Below, piece by piece: positions 63,301 through 64,000 of a stretch of 64,000 nt of DNA. The stretch is from positions 1,116,001 to 1,180,000 of the forward strand of contig OZ176051.1 in NCBI GenBank assembly GCA_964247055.1, in the 5' to 3' direction. Source of the DNA: Paragordius varius. Lineage: Eukaryota; Animalia; Nematomorpha. The notes beneath the pieces are model-generated. The model saw nothing but the letters and a program-made list of their open reading frames with translations, did not search any database and was not told the origin of the DNA. Made by a program: the position numbers and the translations under genes. Position 1 is the first letter of the stretch, and the number at the start of each line of letters is the position of its first letter.

Positions 63301-63716
63301 TTATTATTGTGGTCAAAAATTTCGCAAGTAATATCATTACAATAATTAAGTAATTTCTCTGTTTAAAATAATTATTAATACCTTTATAATTTGATATATT
63401 TGAATTGATAAGTCCGAAGATGGTACGATAATTAAGGCTTTATACTATTAATATATAATATAGATTTACATTTTTATTTTCAATAATGTTTTGGATTATA
63501 GGTAATATAAAGGCTCCAGTTTTCCCAGAACCGGTTGCTGCTTTAATAATCAAATTCTTCCCTACACTAATTTTATTTATGGCATTTTTCTGAATTTCTG
63601 TGGGTTTTCTCCAACCAAGTTTCGATATACCCTATCACATATACACATATAGATATAACTTTTAATAAGGAATCGTTAAATCCGAATTCACAAAAATTAC
63701 TGGGGTTACAATTCAT
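60354..63716 (-). CDS. DDX56: DEAD-box RNA helicase DDX56/Dbp9; nine short-intron-separated exons from 63716 to 62126, then a 1.7-kb intron, last exon 60427-60354
   Basis: Q motif GWRKPTEIQ, ATGSGKT, FDEADLLFSFGY, LSAT, ASRGLDF, YIHRVGRTARA and the DDX56-type tail YRC...ETRINEIKAEIL...HIPQYLVP. Introns are 28, 25, 25, 23, 22, 28, 23, 27 and 1698 nt. Confidence 0.93.
60477..60684. mobile_element. MITE family C (TATACCATTT terminus, 20-21-bp periodic array) in the DDX56 last intron
   Basis: Left TATACCATTTTTCAATCAAAAGC matches the reverse complement of the right end, TAAACCATTTTTCAGACAAAACC. Alternating units CATTTTTCAATCAAAAGCAA and CATTATTTATAACAAATGTAA. Confidence 0.7.
61031..61621. mobile_element. 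MITE family B (AAATGGTATA right terminus, 21-bp CCTTGAACACTTCAAGTTGGT arrays) in the DDX56 last intron
   Basis: Inverted arrays at 61048-61090 and 61533-61610. The right terminus equals that of family A; the left terminus is eroded. Confidence 0.8.
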
Positions 63717-63978
63717 AGCGTGAGCCGGGCGATAATTTATTCATACATATGCGTAAAAACATTTATTACTACATATCCTAAAATCCCAATTGCGCACATT
63801 CTGCTCCAAATAAACTTTTATAAACCTTCTGTAACACAATTCCCTCAATTTTATCATTAATTAAAATAAGAGGTGTGAGCTTTGAATAACGTTTAGGGAA
63901 AACGGATAAGCCAATTCTGATTCCCAAGTCAAATTTAATCATTTATAAATACGCCCAAAGTGATTTAGCCTTTTTTAA

Positions 63979-64000
63979 CACTTGGATACAACACACTCAT
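63979..64000 (-). mobile_element. End of another piggyBac-like copy, cut by the window edge
   Basis: TTAA|CACTTGGATACAACACA, matching the termini at 11907 and 38644. Confidence 0.75.

Noticed and set aside
12782-63716. Stop-codon reassignment (prompted by all-TAA stops and the CUA-like fold)
   Set aside because: No in-frame TAA, TAG or TGA occurs in any spliced conserved gene, and TAA preference is expected at this AT content.

Overview
AT-rich eukaryotic nuclear DNA. The genes and transposons are animal-type and most introns are only 21-37 nt, which suggests a reduced parasitic animal such as a myxozoan or dicyemid (inference; the taxon cannot be fixed from this window). Seven conserved genes can be spliced by hand: NAPRT (-, 3' part not in the window), EEF1G (+), DEF8 (-), DBR1 (+), EIF3C (-), GNPNAT1 (+) and DDX56 (-). 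There is also a 458-aa orphan ORF and some unassigned exons. Five of the genes form a very tightly packed alternating block: EEF1G and DEF8 stop codons are 10 bp apart, DEF8 and DBR1 start codons 1 bp apart, DBR1 and EIF3C stops 49 bp apart, and EIF3C and GNPNAT1 starts 96 bp apart. The few long introns and the intergenic space are mostly transposons: a near-complete Buster-type hAT, a decayed Ty3/gypsy, three RTE LINEs, three mariners, piggyBac-like and Harbinger-like MITEs, and three MITE families that share a TATACCATTT terminus and ~21-bp repeat arrays. Two triple-nested insertions can be reconstructed. The two mid-sized EEF1G introns appear to host small RNAs (a C/D snoRNA candidate and a hairpin RNA). 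All coordinates come from manual reading, and the boundaries of decayed elements are approximate.
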